In this document: positions 31,900 to 32,895 of the stretch, piece by piece | How positions within the stretch are numbered: the first letter of the stretch is position 1 | Layout of the letters: every line of letters begins with the position of its first letter | Assembly (NCBI GenBank): GCA_020428115.1 | Contig: JAGQNJ010000001.1 | Location: forward strand, 1 to 32,895 | Source: Candidatus Saccharimonadota bacterium | GTDB taxonomy: Bacteria > Patescibacteriota > Saccharimonadia > Saccharimonadales > JAGQNJ01 | Length of the DNA stretch: 32,895 bases | Reading direction: 5' to 3' | Program-made: the position numbers and the translations under genes | Notes under the pieces: model-generated | The model's input: the letters and a program-made list of their open reading frames with translations, nothing else | The model's database searches: none | What the model was told of the DNA's origin: nothing

Positions 31900-32718
31900 G
31901 TTGGACATATGCTTCATTCGGCGACTTTCGCCAGTCGCTGGTGTTCTGAGTTTCCAGCCGTCTATCTCAAAGCCACCCATTTTATCTAATACTAATTGCG
32001 TCAAAGCTTTAGCAGAGGAGTACATATCATCTTGACTTTTGTGTTGTAAGGCTTGGAGAAATTGAGCATTAAAATCATTATCGGGGAGTTGTTCAATTTT
32101 GTATCGCAAACGGAAATCTTCCGAAGATAAGAACTTGTACAGTTTAGAGTGTGCGAGTATTTCAGCCCCCATAAACTTCGCATATTTTATTAATAGGTTT
32201 TGCAAAAAAAGATGGTAACTATGCTCAAACGTGGGCTGTTTGGCACTGTAAGTGTCGTCCAGACCGTCAAACTCGTCCCATATTGCGTACTTAGCAACAT
32301 TAGTCCATATATCATCTGGCTTGGTAAACTCCCGTTCCATATAAGTTTTGGCTTGACTAACTAATTTCGCTACCTCGCCATTTTTATCAAACAAGATTTT
32401 ACCAATAACAAACATACGAGCATTTTGCTTACTGTTATTTGCGTAGTCCTCGTCAAGGTATTGCTGGAAAAAGAAAACTGGATTAGCAAAATACTCTATC
32501 AAAGTATCATTGACTAACTCATTGCCACGCTCACGCCAATCTATGTTTGGTGAGAGTATGATGTGTACATCAACATCAGAGTTTTGTGTAGCCGTACCGA
32601 CAACCTGACTTCCTGTTACCAATACCCCCTCAACATAATCTAAATCTCGCCACTTATCTAGAAAAATTTCTAATGCTTGTTGCCAATTATTGGACTTGCT
32701 ATCAACTTCGTTCATCAT
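31891..32718 (-). CDS. nucleotidyltransferase-domain protein, ANT(6)/KNTase-like architecture (~275 aa)
   Basis: VLVTGSQVVGTATQNSDVDVHIIL (GS...DxD) plus a helical C-domain. The track starts at GTG 32739, but I prefer ATG 32718 because a TATAAT box lies at 32725-32730. Confidence 0.7.
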   Translation of the reverse strand: MMNEVDSKSNNWQQALEIFLDKWRDLDYVEGVLVTGSQVVGTATQNSDVDVHIILSPNIDWRERGNELVNDTLIEYFANPVFFFQQYLDEDYANNSKQNARMFVIGKILFDKNGEVAKLVSQAKTYMEREFTKPDDIWTNVAKYAIWDEFDGLDDTYSAKQPTFEHSYHLFLQNLLIKYAKFMGAEILAHSKLYKFLSSEDFRLRYKIEQLPDNDFNAQFLQALQHKSQDDMYSSAKALTQLVLDKMGGFEIDGWKLRTPATGESRRMKHMSNKK

Positions 32719-32724
32719 GTAATG

Positions 32725-32730
32725 ATTATA
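32725..32730 (-). promoter_or_regulatory. -10 TATAAT, 6 nt before ATG 32718
   Basis: Minus strand reads ttgTATAATcattacATGATG. Confidence 0.45.
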
Positions 32731-32758
32731 CAATTTCACACCTTGTGAACAAAGGGGC

Positions 32759-32777
32759 GTGTCGGCTATGCCGACAC
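32759..32777. other. 8-bp hairpin GTGTCGGC-TAT-GCCGACAC
   Basis: Perfect inverted repeat upstream of the NTase gene. It may terminate an upstream minus-strand gene. Confidence 0.4.
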
Positions 32778-32817
32778 ATATGTCCTAAAAAACAAATTAC
32801 AAACCCCTGCGGAGCAG

Positions 32818-32850
32818 TTCGGCGGGTCGGGTCGGGGGCGACCCGCCGAA
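32818..32850. other. 12-bp GC-rich hairpin TTCGGCGGGTCG-(9 nt)-CGACCCGCCGAA
   Basis: Perfect 12-bp inverted repeat with no adjacent T-run on either strand. Confidence 0.5.
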
Positions 32851-32895
32851 AATATCATTTCTCACATTTGGTGCTAAAATGGGTTCGAGCGTGGG

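Noticed and set aside
1-32895. CRISPR arrays, rRNA genes, intact IS elements, reverse transcriptase/DGR, and known defence-system gene sets.
   Set aside because: I found no regularly spaced direct repeats. No ORF carries transposase, RT, Cas or other defence-signature motifs by eye.

Overview
This is a gene-dense 32.9-kb chromosomal window with about 45 protein-coding genes and 4 tRNAs (Phe-GAA and Gly-GCC at 22.4-22.6 kb; Cys-GCA and Leu-UAA at 31.7-31.9 kb). I saw no rRNA, no CRISPR array and no intact integrase or transposase. From 1 to 22.3 kb the content is housekeeping plus envelope genes: partial dus, an ABC-2 exporter pair, a MurC/Mpl-like ligase, a 4-nt-overlapped tsaC-mazG-nudix-SDR operon, MscS, a HIT / NTP-transferase / HAD trio, a MutY-like glycosylase without Fe-S cysteines, and PCD. 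A long minus-strand surface block follows: a PD40/TolB-like protein, three tandem paralogous mini membrane proteins, and a 923-aa secreted SGNH esterase. The main finding is a ~6.5-kb segment (22585-29123) bounded by an exact 23-nt direct repeat of the tRNA-Gly 3' end. It carries a serine-recombinase relic and a CsoR/RcnR-like repressor with a perfect palindromic operator. It also carries a Met-rich DUF305 protein and a CPH-type, His-rich P1B ATPase. A convergent operon in the same segment encodes a His-motif protein, a CX3C mini membrane protein, a DsbA-like oxidoreductase and a CDF exporter. I read this as a metal-homeostasis island integrated into tRNA-Gly. Beyond it lie two NTase-fold proteins, a zinc-ribbon mini protein, DUF1428, a rhodanese, a Fur-family regulator and the second tRNA pair. 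Two sequence-level signals recur. At 10 or more genes a -10 hexamer ends 6-7 nt before the start codon, suggesting leaderless transcripts. A pair of 38-nt conserved cores each has a terminator at an identical offset, suggesting an sRNA family. Gene content and style suggest a reduced Patescibacteria/Saccharibacteria-like genome, but this is inference only. All family calls come from motifs read by eye; no searches were run.
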